40,833 nt of DNA from Candidatus Bathyarchaeota archaeon (lineage in GTDB: Archaea > Thermoproteota > Bathyarchaeia > 40CM-2-53-6), in NCBI GenBank assembly GCA_005883085.1, contig VBAY01000033.1:1-40833 (forward strand). Reading direction: 5' to 3'. Positions 27,239 to 36,379 of this stretch are shown piece by piece (the stretch's first letter is position 1; every line of letters starts with the position of its first letter). Made by a program: the position numbers and the translations under genes. The notes beneath the pieces were generated by a model. That model was given only the letters and a program-made list of their open reading frames with translations. It did not search any database and was not told where the DNA came from.

Positions 27239-27601
27239 TTGAACGACGAGCACCTTGGCAAGATTCTCACGGACACTGGACTCGCCCAGTTCGGAGACTC
27301 TCTTCTGAACTTCGCCTACTCGATAGCTCTAACAGAAACCACCGGTCGACCGAGAGGAACAAAAGTCCAAGACAAGATCCTCGCAGATGCAGCGGCAAAG
27401 GCTGGACTGAGGAAGCGTCTCCCGAGACGAGTGGGCCGAGGAGATGTTGCTAACAGTCTGGAGGCCTTGTTAGGCCACGTGTGGTTGCAGAAAATGATCA
27501 CACTCGAGGAAATCGTGGCATGTCTCAAGTCGGAGAACCTTGACTCCAGCAAGAGCTTCTCCGCCCTAGTCGAGATCGCTCTGGCCAAGCTTAGACAATA
27601 A
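27239..27601 (+). CDS. Archaeal minimal ribonuclease III-family protein
   Basis: LAQFGDSLLNF...ANSLEALLG matches the RNase III-like helical signature; conserved rpoL-tfs neighbourhood. Confidence 0.78.
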   Translation: MNDEHLGKILTDTGLAQFGDSLLNFAYSIALTETTGRPRGTKVQDKILADAAAKAGLRKRLPRRVGRGDVANSLEALLGHVWLQKMITLEEIVACLKSENLDSSKSFSALVEIALAKLRQ

Positions 27602-27603
27602 TC

Positions 27604-28098
27604 ATGACGCGCAATCTTGCTGTCAAGAAGGAGATCAGGACTCTCGGGCTCGACCTATGCAACCCTCGACGCTTGATGGGCACTGTCACGAGAGGCGGCA
27701 ATTATCTCGACGGCGTTCTCGTCCTACCATCAAAGCCTACGCTCAAGGCCACATGGATCGCGTCTGCAATCACCAGAACGCGATTTTTTCCCGAGCTCAG
27801 ACTGATTATGACGCACGATCCAGAAATGCAACTCGACGCTAAGATGATCGAGAGGTTGACCAAACTGCCAGTCATCACAGTCGACTCGACGAGAAGGAGA
27901 CAATCAGACGGGTTCAAATCATACAAGGTTGAAGAGAAGCAATTACAGGTAAAAAGCTCCCTTCCTTCAGGGATCCTTCAAGAAATACTCTCCACAACCT
28001 GGGCAACAGGAATGCTTCCTGAGCCTCTGCGAACAGCCCACTTACTCGCTAGATCACGATTTCCCGGGAAAAACACGCGTTTCCAAGCCAACAAATAA
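27604..28098 (+). CDS. DUF99-family (endonuclease V-like) protein
   Basis: KKEIRTLGLD, RGGNYLDGV, LPVI and C-terminal PEPLRTAHLLA. Confidence 0.78.
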   Translation: MTRNLAVKKEIRTLGLDLCNPRRLMGTVTRGGNYLDGVLVLPSKPTLKATWIASAITRTRFFPELRLIMTHDPEMQLDAKMIERLTKLPVITVDSTRRRQSDGFKSYKVEEKQLQVKSSLPSGILQEILSTTWATGMLPEPLRTAHLLARSRFPGKNTRFQANK

Positions 28099-28133
28099 AT
28101 TCGCCTCTTGGCGCTTGGATAGCAGAACCTGTT

Positions 28134-28457
28134 TTGCAGTTCTGTCCGAAATGCGGGTCCACGCTACTACCCGCTAAGCGAGAGAAGAAGGTATTCATGG
28201 CCTGCGGAAAGTGCGGTTACACGAGCAACCGCGGCGATAAACAGGTTAGCAGGTTAGCCCATGAAAGAGAGAAGATAATCGTCATAGGACGGGAAGAACA
28301 GAAAATAAGGACCCTTCCCAAGACAAAAGCTGAATGCCCGAAGTGCAACAATCACGAAGCGTTCTACTGGCTCGTCCAGACAAGGGGCGGCGACGAGTCC
28401 TCGACCCAATTCTTTAGATGTACCAACTGCGGAGCAACATGGCGGGAGAATAGCTAG
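28134..28457 (+). CDS. tfs: Transcription factor S (TFS)
   Basis: MQFCPKCG...CGKCG; CPKC...QTRGGDE...FFRCTNCG. Confidence 0.95.
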   Translation: MQFCPKCGSTLLPAKREKKVFMACGKCGYTSNRGDKQVSRLAHEREKIIVIGREEQKIRTLPKTKAECPKCNNHEAFYWLVQTRGGDESSTQFFRCTNCGATWRENS

Positions 28458-28516
28458 AATTGCTGGAAAGTTCAATAGCGGAAACATCGGCTAAGAAGGA
28501 AAAGCCGGCAAACCCC

Positions 28517-29272
28517 ATGTTCAAAGCCACAATGAACGATGCTCGGCTGTTCCGCAACCTCATAGGAGCAATCTCAAGCCTCATCGAAGAGGCCGACTTC
28601 AACGCATCGCCCGACGGGATCAAGCTCCGATCTATGGATCCCTCACACATAGCCATGGTCGACTTCGAGTGGCCCAAGACAGCCTTCGACACCTACGAGT
28701 GCTCAGCCCCAACGAAACTGCGCCTGAGCGTCTCAAACCTCCTCAAACTGCTGAAAAGGACGAAGAGTGACGAATCCATCGAGGTTATCTATGATGATGC
28801 GAACAAGAAGCTCAACATCACCCTAAAAGGCAACATTGTCAGGAAATTCATAACCCCGACACTCGAACCTTCCACCGAAGAAGTTCCAACGCCGAAGGTC
28901 CCGTTCAACGCAAGAGTCAAGATTACAGCCGCAAGCTTGCGAGACATTATCGATGACGCACAATCCATCAGCGACAACGTCAAGCTAGAAGTAAGCCAGG
29001 AAAAATTCGTCGTCAGGGCGGCAGGCGAGCTGACCAGCGCTCTGATAGAGCTCGACAAGGGATCAGATGCCATCCTCGAACTCGATGTGAAGGAACCAGC
29101 GAAGGCTACATACAACCTCAACTATCTAGGAGAGATAATCCGGGCCGGCTCAGGAGCCTCAGAGGTTACTTCTCTCGAGTTCTCCACCAACATGCCAATC
29201 AAAGTCGAGTTCGAAATGCCCCAGCAAGGAAGGCTTCTTTATTATCTCGCCCCAAGAATAGAGGCCGAATAA
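28517..29272 (+). CDS. pcn: PCNA sliding clamp
   Basis: MFKA start, MDPSHIAMVD, YYLAPRIE. ORF open from TTG 28460. Confidence 0.97.
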   Translation: MFKATMNDARLFRNLIGAISSLIEEADFNASPDGIKLRSMDPSHIAMVDFEWPKTAFDTYECSAPTKLRLSVSNLLKLLKRTKSDESIEVIYDDANKKLNITLKGNIVRKFITPTLEPSTEEVPTPKVPFNARVKITAASLRDIIDDAQSISDNVKLEVSQEKFVVRAAGELTSALIELDKGSDAILELDVKEPAKATYNLNYLGEIIRAGSGASEVTSLEFSTNMPIKVEFEMPQQGRLLYYLAPRIEAE

Positions 29273-29282
29273 GAAGAACCTA

Positions 29283-30335
29283 ATGTTAACAAGGGCTGAC
29301 CTAGCCAAATACCCCTTTCTCAACGAAGCCTCCGACTACATCAAAGAACTAGGAATCTCCATCGACGACATCGCATCCCCAGACTTCAGCCCAGTCCTAG
29401 AAAGAGCGGAAAAGAGACTGGAAGAAGCCCTCTCAAAAGGAAGAGTGTCGAACGAATTCGGCAATGAGAATGCTGAGATACTCTCATTCCCGGTCTCCAA
29501 TCTGATCCTGAGCCTCACAGGGGAGGAGAGAGCACAGAGAAGGTTCGCGCTCGCTGAAGCGAAGAGAGCTTACGAGCTTCTCCGACAGGAAAGCCCAGAA
29601 AAGCTCGATTACATCGCCCGAACAACCTTCGGCTGGAAGCTAAACAAAATCGATGCACAGCCTGGAAAGCGATTCTACGATTTCGGGATCTCACTCGCCG
29701 ACTACCTAAGGAACTCTGTTCATCTCAAAGACCCAAAATGGAAGCTTCCCAACAGGATTCTAGACCATGGCCTAGTCTATGCTACAAGAGAAGAACTGGC
29801 TCGTCTCCTCGAGGAAGAGGTCAGAACGAAGATAGTCGACAGGAGCAGCCGGTTATCGGGTGAGATACCTAAGCCCTTACTGCCTAAGGTCGAACGGACA
29901 AGAGGACTCATCACCAAATGGCTTGGCGTTCCATCCCACTATGAACTCCCGAAAGTACCCTCGCCAGAGGCAATGCCCCCCTGCGTCAGACACCTCATTG
30001 ACAATCTCGCGGAAGGAAAGAACGTGCAACACATGGGCCGATTCACACTTGCATCCTTCCTCGTCAACATCGGAGCAGGAGAGGAGGACATCGTCAAGGC
30101 CTTCAAGCCCGCCAGCGACTTTTCCGAGAGAATGACCCGATACCAAGTCGAGCACATAGCCGGCAAGAGAGGCGGGAGGACAAAGTACACTTGCCCAATG
30201 TGCACCACACTCAAAACACACGGAGTCTGCTACAAGCCAGACGATATCTGCAGCACAATCCGAAACCCTCTGAGCTACTACAAGAGCAAAGCCAGAATCC
30301 TAACAGGAAAGGGGCCGAAACGTGAACCAAGCTGA
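29283..30335 (+). CDS. priL: DNA primase large subunit
   Basis: LAKYPFL, PPC, HMGRFTLASFL, DFSERMTRYQVEHIAG, Fe-S cysteines, NPLSYY. Confidence 0.95.
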   Translation: MLTRADLAKYPFLNEASDYIKELGISIDDIASPDFSPVLERAEKRLEEALSKGRVSNEFGNENAEILSFPVSNLILSLTGEERAQRRFALAEAKRAYELLRQESPEKLDYIARTTFGWKLNKIDAQPGKRFYDFGISLADYLRNSVHLKDPKWKLPNRILDHGLVYATREELARLLEEEVRTKIVDRSSRLSGEIPKPLLPKVERTRGLITKWLGVPSHYELPKVPSPEAMPPCVRHLIDNLAEGKNVQHMGRFTLASFLVNIGAGEEDIVKAFKPASDFSERMTRYQVEHIAGKRGGRTKYTCPMCTTLKTHGVCYKPDDICSTIRNPLSYYKSKARILTGKGPKREPS

Positions 30336-31536
30336 ACAAGTCATCAGGCAGAAATTCCAACAATACTACCTCGACCCGAAACGACAGTTAGACCCGCCCC
30401 TGAACCCGTCAGAAAGAGAATACGGATTCCTCCTCTTCAGTGGAAAGTTCATGGTCAGGCATCGATCATTCAAAGACCCCCTTTCACTCCTGACGGCAGT
30501 TAGAGACTTGGTCCCGTCACACGTCTACTTCTCTACAGCCTACTACAGAGAACCCACAGCACCAATGGAAGAGAAAGGATGGACAGGCGCCGATCTGGTC
30601 TTCGACATCGACGCAGACCATCTCAACACACCATGCAAACCCGACCATGACAGTTGGAAATGCAAGGCCTGCGGCACAACTGGAAACGGAGGAGCCCCAA
30701 AGCTCTGCCCAAAATGCAAGAATGACCGTCTGGAAGAACAAACATGGCTATGCGACAGATGCCTCCAAGAGGCGAAAGAGGAAACTGCAAAGCTCCTCGA
30801 GATGCTCTACACGGATCTTGGAATAGACAATGAAGCCACCCGACTATTCTTCTCAGGACACCGTGGATACCATGTCCACGTATATTCGAAACAGACTTCT
30901 CAGCTCGGAGAGGAAGAACGTAGGGAAATCGCCGACTATCTTCTCGCTCAGGGATTAGATCCACAACTCCACGAATTGGAGGAGACTAGTGTTGGAGGGA
31001 CAAAGCTGGCGGAAGGCCCACTCATAGGTCAACCAGGTTGGAGAGGACGAATAGTTGCTGGAATCTACGATATTCTCGGAAGCGAGATGGATCAGATAGG
31101 CCTCACGTCAACTCAGGTCCACGCGTTGAAGTCATGGGATAGGGAAGATCTTCTTCGAAAACCCTTCTGGAACTCGGCGAAGGGGGTCGGAATCTCCACA
31201 TGGAAAACCCTGGTGACAAAAGCTGTCGAGAAAAAATCGGCAAAGATAGACACCGTAGTAACAACAGACATTCACAGACTCATCAGAATGTCGGGAACCC
31301 TCAACGGCCACACTGGACTGCTAGCAATGAAGGTTCCGGAAGAAAGACTCGACGAGTTCGACCCCTTCACAGAACCTCTGGCCTTCCAAGGCCAAATGAA
31401 GGTCAAAGTCAAGGAGTCCCCAGGCTTTAGGCTCGGCGAAGAACGGTTCGGACCGTATCACGACGAGACTGTACAGTTGCCGTCGACTGCTGCCATGCTT
31501 CTTCTCTGCAAGCACCGAGCAGAGCCCATTGCATAG
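30322..31536 (+). CDS. priS: DNA primase small (catalytic) subunit
   Basis: REYGF, DLVFDIDAD, FSGHRGYHVH, IDTVVTTDIHRLIRM. Confidence 0.96.
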   Translation: MNQAEQVIRQKFQQYYLDPKRQLDPPLNPSEREYGFLLFSGKFMVRHRSFKDPLSLLTAVRDLVPSHVYFSTAYYREPTAPMEEKGWTGADLVFDIDADHLNTPCKPDHDSWKCKACGTTGNGGAPKLCPKCKNDRLEEQTWLCDRCLQEAKEETAKLLEMLYTDLGIDNEATRLFFSGHRGYHVHVYSKQTSQLGEEERREIADYLLAQGLDPQLHELEETSVGGTKLAEGPLIGQPGWRGRIVAGIYDILGSEMDQIGLTSTQVHALKSWDREDLLRKPFWNSAKGVGISTWKTLVTKAVEKKSAKIDTVVTTDIHRLIRMSGTLNGHTGLLAMKVPEERLDEFDPFTEPLAFQGQMKVKVKESPGFRLGEERFGPYHDETVQLPSTAAMLLLCKHRAEPIA

Positions 31537-31601
31537 ACCACCGTCAAGATATTATTAGCTCGTCAATGAGATAGCCTCGTCTTCCAGAGAGATGTAGTGC
31601 C

Positions 31602-32165
31602 ACGGCTACTATCTACGATGAGACAATCGAAGCATGGCGACGAGAGTTCCACAGCCCTGAACTCCAGGAACTCAGACCCGAGTTCTTTCGAGACGTAGCC
31701 GCGTACGTCCGAAGATTGAAGGAAACCCAGAGAAATCTAGACCAACGATCCCTCAAAGCCATTCTTCTAGAAGAGGAAACAAAGAGAATAGAACGACTAG
31801 TTGTCGAGCTTGTCGACCGAAGACTCTCGAAAATCTGGCGAACCTCCCAGACAAACGCCCAGGTCACCCCGCATACTTCGGAGAAATGGGCTCAGGAAGA
31901 ACTCTCCACTCTTGCTCGCCACTACAGAAAGTTCAAGGAAGACACGATTCAGGGAATAGAACCTTCAAACTCTCCAGAGAAAAAGAAAGACAAGCTCCTC
32001 CTTCGATTCGTCAAAGACATGCCGTCTATCATTGGCGTAGACCTGAAAACCCATGGACCATTCCTGAAAGAAGACATCGTCGTTCTCCCGTACGAGAATG
32101 CTGAGAGCCTAATACGGCAAGGCACCGCGGTCGAGATAAGACCAAGCCACGGGGATAATGGATAA
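31602..32165 (+). CDS. GINS complex subunit (Gins51/Gins15-type), predicted non-canonical start
   Basis: In-frame N-terminus IYDETIEAWRRE...LQELRPEFF lies upstream of the ORF-track TTG (31716); C-terminal B-domain IIGVDLKTHGPFLKEDIVVLP; position between priS and rpl44e. Confidence 0.88.
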   Translation, partial: TATIYDETIEAWRREFHSPELQELRPEFFRDVAAYVRRLKETQRNLDQRSLKAILLEEETKRIERLVVELVDRRLSKIWRTSQTNAQVTPHTSEKWAQEELSTLARHYRKFKEDTIQGIEPSNSPEKKKDKLLLRFVKDMPSIIGVDLKTHGPFLKEDIVVLPYENAESLIRQGTAVEIRPSHGDNG

Positions 32166-32214
32166 AAGGACGCCCCCGCCCCCAAACCAGCCCTTTCCCA
32201 CGGTGAAAGAAAGA

Positions 32215-32493
32215 ACGAAGTATCCAAAAGAGATCAACACCTACTGCCCTAAGTGCAAACACCATACAGCACATGCCGTCGCAGTCTACAAGGCGGGCAA
32301 GCAGCGCACTCTATCGTGGGGAGCCAGACGACAAGAAAGACGAAAACACGGCTACGGCGGGCAGAAATTTCCTGAACTGAAACGCACCGCCAAGACAACC
32401 AAGAAAGCCCTTGTCAAACTGAAATGCCGAACCTGCAACTATACAATTGAGAGACTGGGTATCAGGCTGAGAAAACTAGAGGTCGGAGCCTAA
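32215..32493 (+). CDS. rpl44e: 50S ribosomal protein L44e (eL42); start placed at ACG, with alternatives GTG 32203 or ATG 32158
   Basis: KYPKEINTYCPKCKHHT, GYGGQKFP, KTTKK, CRTC. Confidence 0.93.
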   Translation, partial: TKYPKEINTYCPKCKHHTAHAVAVYKAGKQRTLSWGARRQERRKHGYGGQKFPELKRTAKTTKKALVKLKCRTCNYTIERLGIRLRKLEVGA

Positions 32494-32495
32494 CA

Positions 32496-32687
32496 ATGAG
32501 GTGGGAACTAATACCAAAGCCTCGAAGCATTTTCCTACGCGTCAAATGCCCCAAGTGCGCTAACGAACAGGTAATTTTCGAGCGAACAAGCAACTACGTG
32601 AAATGCACCGTTTGCGATGAGCTTCTAGCTCAACCGAAAGGTGGAAAGGCAGAGATTAGAGGAGAAATATTACAGCCCCTCGCCTAG
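32496..32687 (+). CDS. rps27e: 30S ribosomal protein S27e
   Basis: PRSIFLRVKCPKC.NEQVIF, CTVC...PKGGKA. Confidence 0.96.
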   Translation: MRWELIPKPRSIFLRVKCPKCANEQVIFERTSNYVKCTVCDELLAQPKGGKAEIRGEILQPLA

Positions 32688-32708
32688 AGGGAACTGGGAG
32701 GAAATCGA

Positions 32709-33500
32709 TTGAGCGTCCAGGCTTCACAACCACTAATGCCAGAGGTCGGGGATCTGGTCGTTGCAACTGTAACCAGAGTCGAAGACTACGGTGCATACGT
32801 GAAGCTCGACGAGTTTAGCGGGATCGAAGGTCTTGTCCATATTTCAGAGATCTCAACCACCTGGGTTCGAAACATCAGGGAACACGCGCGACAAGGCCAG
32901 AAGCTAGTTCTGAAAGTCTTACGCGTAAGCTCACAACGGAACCAGATAGATCTCTCCCTCAGAAGAGTTACTGGAAGAGAAAAGTCCGAGAAGATGCTGG
33001 AATGGAAGAAGGAGCGAAAAGCTGAGGCGATCCTGAAGAGTGCCGCTGACAAACTGAAAAAGTCGGTAGATGACGCCGAGGATATTAGAAAGATTCTCCT
33101 AGACAAATTCGGAGGACTCTACTCTCCCCTCGAAGAGGCCTTGGACGAAGGCCCCGAGGTCTTGGTGAAGGGTGGATTGTCATCTGAATGGGCTCAGGCA
33201 ATCGCAGAAGTTACGAAAAGCAAGATCCGGCTTGAAAGGTCGAAAGTCCGAGGAACCGTCTCGATAACCTGCCATAAACCCGGCGGAGTCGAGATAATCA
33301 AGCAAGCTCTGACCAGCGCGAAGAAGATCCGCAAGCCTCGCGGAAGCGAGGTGAAAATCTACTCGATAGGTGCCCCCAAGTACCGGATAGAAGTGCAAGC
33401 TCCCAGCTTCGAAGCGGCCGAGAAAACCCTAAGCCTGGCGATGGAGGAAGCTCTGGGGACCATCAAAAAGGCTGGTGGTGAGGGAAGGAAGCTTGGATGA
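32709..33500 (+). CDS. eif2a: Translation initiation factor aIF-2 alpha
   Basis: PEVGDLVVATV S1 domain, HISEI, IDLSLRRV, IGAPKYRI. Confidence 0.96.
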   Translation: MSVQASQPLMPEVGDLVVATVTRVEDYGAYVKLDEFSGIEGLVHISEISTTWVRNIREHARQGQKLVLKVLRVSSQRNQIDLSLRRVTGREKSEKMLEWKKERKAEAILKSAADKLKKSVDDAEDIRKILLDKFGGLYSPLEEALDEGPEVLVKGGLSSEWAQAIAEVTKSKIRLERSKVRGTVSITCHKPGGVEIIKQALTSAKKIRKPRGSEVKIYSIGAPKYRIEVQAPSFEAAEKTLSLAMEEALGTIKKAGGEGRKLG

Positions 33501-33682
33501 AATGGTTGATGAGACGATGCCCGAAATGCTCGAGGTATACTCTGAAGGAAACGTGCCCGGTTTGCGAGTCGCAGACTAAGAGTCCTCACCCGCCAAAGTT
33601 CTCGCCAGACGACAAGTACGCCCAGCAGAGAATGAAAGGGTCGATCACGGTCTCCGAAAGCCTAGAATATCCTATCACGTGA
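33497..33682 (+). CDS. nop10: H/ACA RNP protein Nop10
   Basis: CPKC.RYTLKETCPVC, HPPKFSPDDKY. Confidence 0.96.
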   Translation: MKWLMRRCPKCSRYTLKETCPVCESQTKSPHPPKFSPDDKYAQQRMKGSITVSESLEYPIT

Positions 33683-36227
33683 AAGTCAGGGGCTGGGGCT
33701 TCGTGACTGCGATGTCTAAGAGCTGAGCTGGATCACCTTGCCACCTGGCCCTGACCAGAATGGATTGTTGACCGGTTGGAAGTTGGTTCCAACCGTAAGC
33801 AAAATGGCCGGCCGTCGAGTTGACGTTCGCGATGAAATTCCAATTTAGTCCCTTGCTGTCAGAAGAATATTCCAGAATAACCGGTATCTTGTCTGTAGTT
33901 GTGTCGATCGGTTTGCCAGTTGACGTTGTCAATGTTCCAGTGATATTCGTGCCTCCGCTTGTAGGGGGAACTATCGCAGGTGTGAGCTGGGCCGTAATCG
34001 ACGGCTGGTCAGGATATCTTACCGAATATACAAGAACGTATGAGGAGGAAGAGGCGAAGTCTTGCACGAAGAAGTTTGGAGCCGCAGGTCCCGTATCATT
34101 CGCGTCATTCGGCCGTCCCCCTGGGTAGCTGCTTCGCATCAGTAGACCGAGAACGGTGTTGCTGGTTGGGATTTGAACCGACTGGACCGTTTGGGGGTTT
34201 GGAGAGTAGTTGCTGGTAATTCTTTCGTCAGTCGTCTTGTTCCCAATGGTCACGAGTCGGTGGTAGTTTGATGCTCCGGTTGAGGGATTCGTGATAATCT
34301 GCCGGTAGCTGACCGAGGCAACTCCCATTGGGGTATTGATTGAGGTATTGTTGCCTATCCTGACCATCCAGTACCACTTGCTGTCATCTCCGTATCCGCA
34401 GAAGGCAGGTCCGCTCGAGCCGCAAAGTCCACGATTGTAGCTGATGAAGATCGCCACATGCGTGATTCTCTCCTGTCGCATCAACTGGACAGCAAGCGAC
34501 TCGTTTAGCATGAAACCTGTCGCTATATCCTGTATTGCTGTGGTGTTCCCCGTTCCATTGTCCGAGAGTGTACTTAGCCCCGTATTCACAGTAATCCAGT
34601 AACCATAGTCCCACCATGTGAAGATGACACTTGAGTGTGGCAGATTACTGTTCATCCAGGATAGCGTTTCAAGCCAGTCGGGGATCGCTGCCCGGACGGG
34701 AAGGCTGGCGGAGGCGATAGTGGTCGGTGTGTAAGCTGATTGGACAGCGTTGATGAAAGTGGGAACGACTAAGACGATTATGATGAGCAGGATGCCAAGA
34801 CTGAACTCTCGGCTTACCCTACTGGTGAAGCGTAGCTTGCGCCTGGGAAAGATGACAGCTTGCTGAATAATATCCATAGCAGGCTTGCCCAATTCGACAA
34901 CGGTTATCGCAGCGAGCGTTGACATGACCGGCGCTAAGATCAAAGTTAGCCGGACCAAGCTCGCAGCAAAGTAGAAGCCCGTGACGCCGAAGATTATCAA
35001 CAGAACATCCCCCTCGCGCAGCCGCTGAAAGGCGAAGAAAAAGCCAAAGACCCCCAGAATTATCAGGCTACCGAGTTCGAGGTACAGACTAGCCCAAGTC
35101 GAGGGACGATTCTCGGCCACCGACGCAACTAGCGGAATATTGTTTCGGACGAACGGATTCACAGTAGCGAGGAACTTTCCCTGGAGCAACGATCCGGACA
35201 CTATCTTGGTGCTTACCAAGAAAAAGACTATTCCTGCTGCAGAGATAATTGTAAGACCTGAAATTGTCAGTCTTCCTCTGGTGGAAGGGGCTAGCCTTGC
35301 CAGTTCCATCACGATAAGGAGGCCCATAACTCCAAGCAACGCTATCGTAGTGCTCTCGGTGAGGAATATGTGTCCAAGGAGCGGAATCTCTGTTCCGATG
35401 TAGAGCATGAAGCCTATCGTAGCGCCATACGCCAGGAAGAGACGTGGAGTGTAGCGCCCCAACACCACCAGCGCCAAGGCGAACAACCCGAGCACCTCGG
35501 CCGCGTAACGGAAGCTTCCCCACGAGAACGACATGTAGATCAGGCTCATGCTCGACATCATGCTGTAGATGATCGTGCTCTTCAAACTCCTTCCTGGATT
35601 GACTGCTCGCATGAAAAATAGGAAGGTAAGAATCATTGTCGGGACGCCAACCCCCTCATTCCTGAAGAATCCTAGCTCTGTACGACTGATTAGACTCGAG
35701 CTGAAGGCCGCGAATAGCGCGGCGAACAATCCGGCGCTTTTTCCCCAGAGGTCTTTTGCAAAGAAGTAGGTGGCCAGGACAGCAAAGGCGCCGAGCAAGA
35801 CTGGGCTGTAGACAGCTGCGTCGTAGAGGTTGATGTTAACTCCTATAGATTGAAAGAACTGATAGATCAGAGTGCCCGTGAAACTTGTGCCTGGATAGCT
35901 CGTTATGACTGGGGCACGCCCGAAGGGGAACCACTCGCTAGTATTCACGTAGGTAAACCAGGACTGCCAGCTAGTAGCAGTAATCACCCGCATATCATTG
36001 AAGTTGAAGTAGGGGTCGAACTCTGAAATGTACGCACCCCAGCGAAGAGGGAGCAAACGGACGAGTGAAGCTAGGACGAGCGTTAGGGTGAGAATTGAGT
36101 AATGGAGGAAGGTAGCCCGAGAGACAAGTCCGAGGTTCTTCTTTATCGCTCTGAACCGGGAGGCAATGCTTTCACGTGTCAGGCCTGCTCGAATCTCCCC
36201 GAGAAAACCTTCGGGTTCAATCTCCAA
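33675..36227 (-). CDS. aglB: Oligosaccharyltransferase AglB/STT3
   Basis: EFDPY, about 13 TM segments, SVAEN, WWDYG, DNGT and DxxK (DDSKWYWM) motifs. Confidence 0.95.
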   Translation of the reverse strand: MEIEPEGFLGEIRAGLTRESIASRFRAIKKNLGLVSRATFLHYSILTLTLVLASLVRLLPLRWGAYISEFDPYFNFNDMRVITATSWQSWFTYVNTSEWFPFGRAPVITSYPGTSFTGTLIYQFFQSIGVNINLYDAAVYSPVLLGAFAVLATYFFAKDLWGKSAGLFAALFAAFSSSLISRTELGFFRNEGVGVPTMILTFLFFMRAVNPGRSLKSTIIYSMMSSMSLIYMSFSWGSFRYAAEVLGLFALALVVLGRYTPRLFLAYGATIGFMLYIGTEIPLLGHIFLTESTTIALLGVMGLLIVMELARLAPSTRGRLTISGLTIISAAGIVFFLVSTKIVSGSLLQGKFLATVNPFVRNNIPLVASVAENRPSTWASLYLELGSLIILGVFGFFFAFQRLREGDVLLIIFGVTGFYFAASLVRLTLILAPVMSTLAAITVVELGKPAMDIIQQAVIFPRRKLRFTSRVSREFSLGILLIIIVLVVPTFINAVQSAYTPTTIASASLPVRAAIPDWLETLSWMNSNLPHSSVIFTWWDYGYWITVNTGLSTLSDNGTGNTTAIQDIATGFMLNESLAVQLMRQERITHVAIFISYNRGLCGSSGPAFCGYGDDSKWYWMVRIGNNTSINTPMGVASVSYRQIITNPSTGASNYHRLVTIGNKTTDERITSNYSPNPQTVQSVQIPTSNTVLGLLMRSSYPGGRPNDANDTGPAAPNFFVQDFASSSSYVLVYSVRYPDQPSITAQLTPAIVPPTSGGTNITGTLTTSTGKPIDTTTDKIPVILEYSSDSKGLNWNFIANVNSTAGHFAYGWNQLPTGQQSILVRARWQGDPAQLLDIAVTKPQPLTFT

Positions 36228-36379
36228 TTCTGGGTTAGCACTCTCTTCCAGGGTCTTCTTAATCGCGAGGGAAAGCTCCTGAGTTTGCCGTTAATATTCT
36301 TGTGGTTAGAGGTACTGAGAAACGTCGAGAGAAAAAAACTAAGCCGACTGCAACACGTCTGCTATTTCCAACCAGATGT

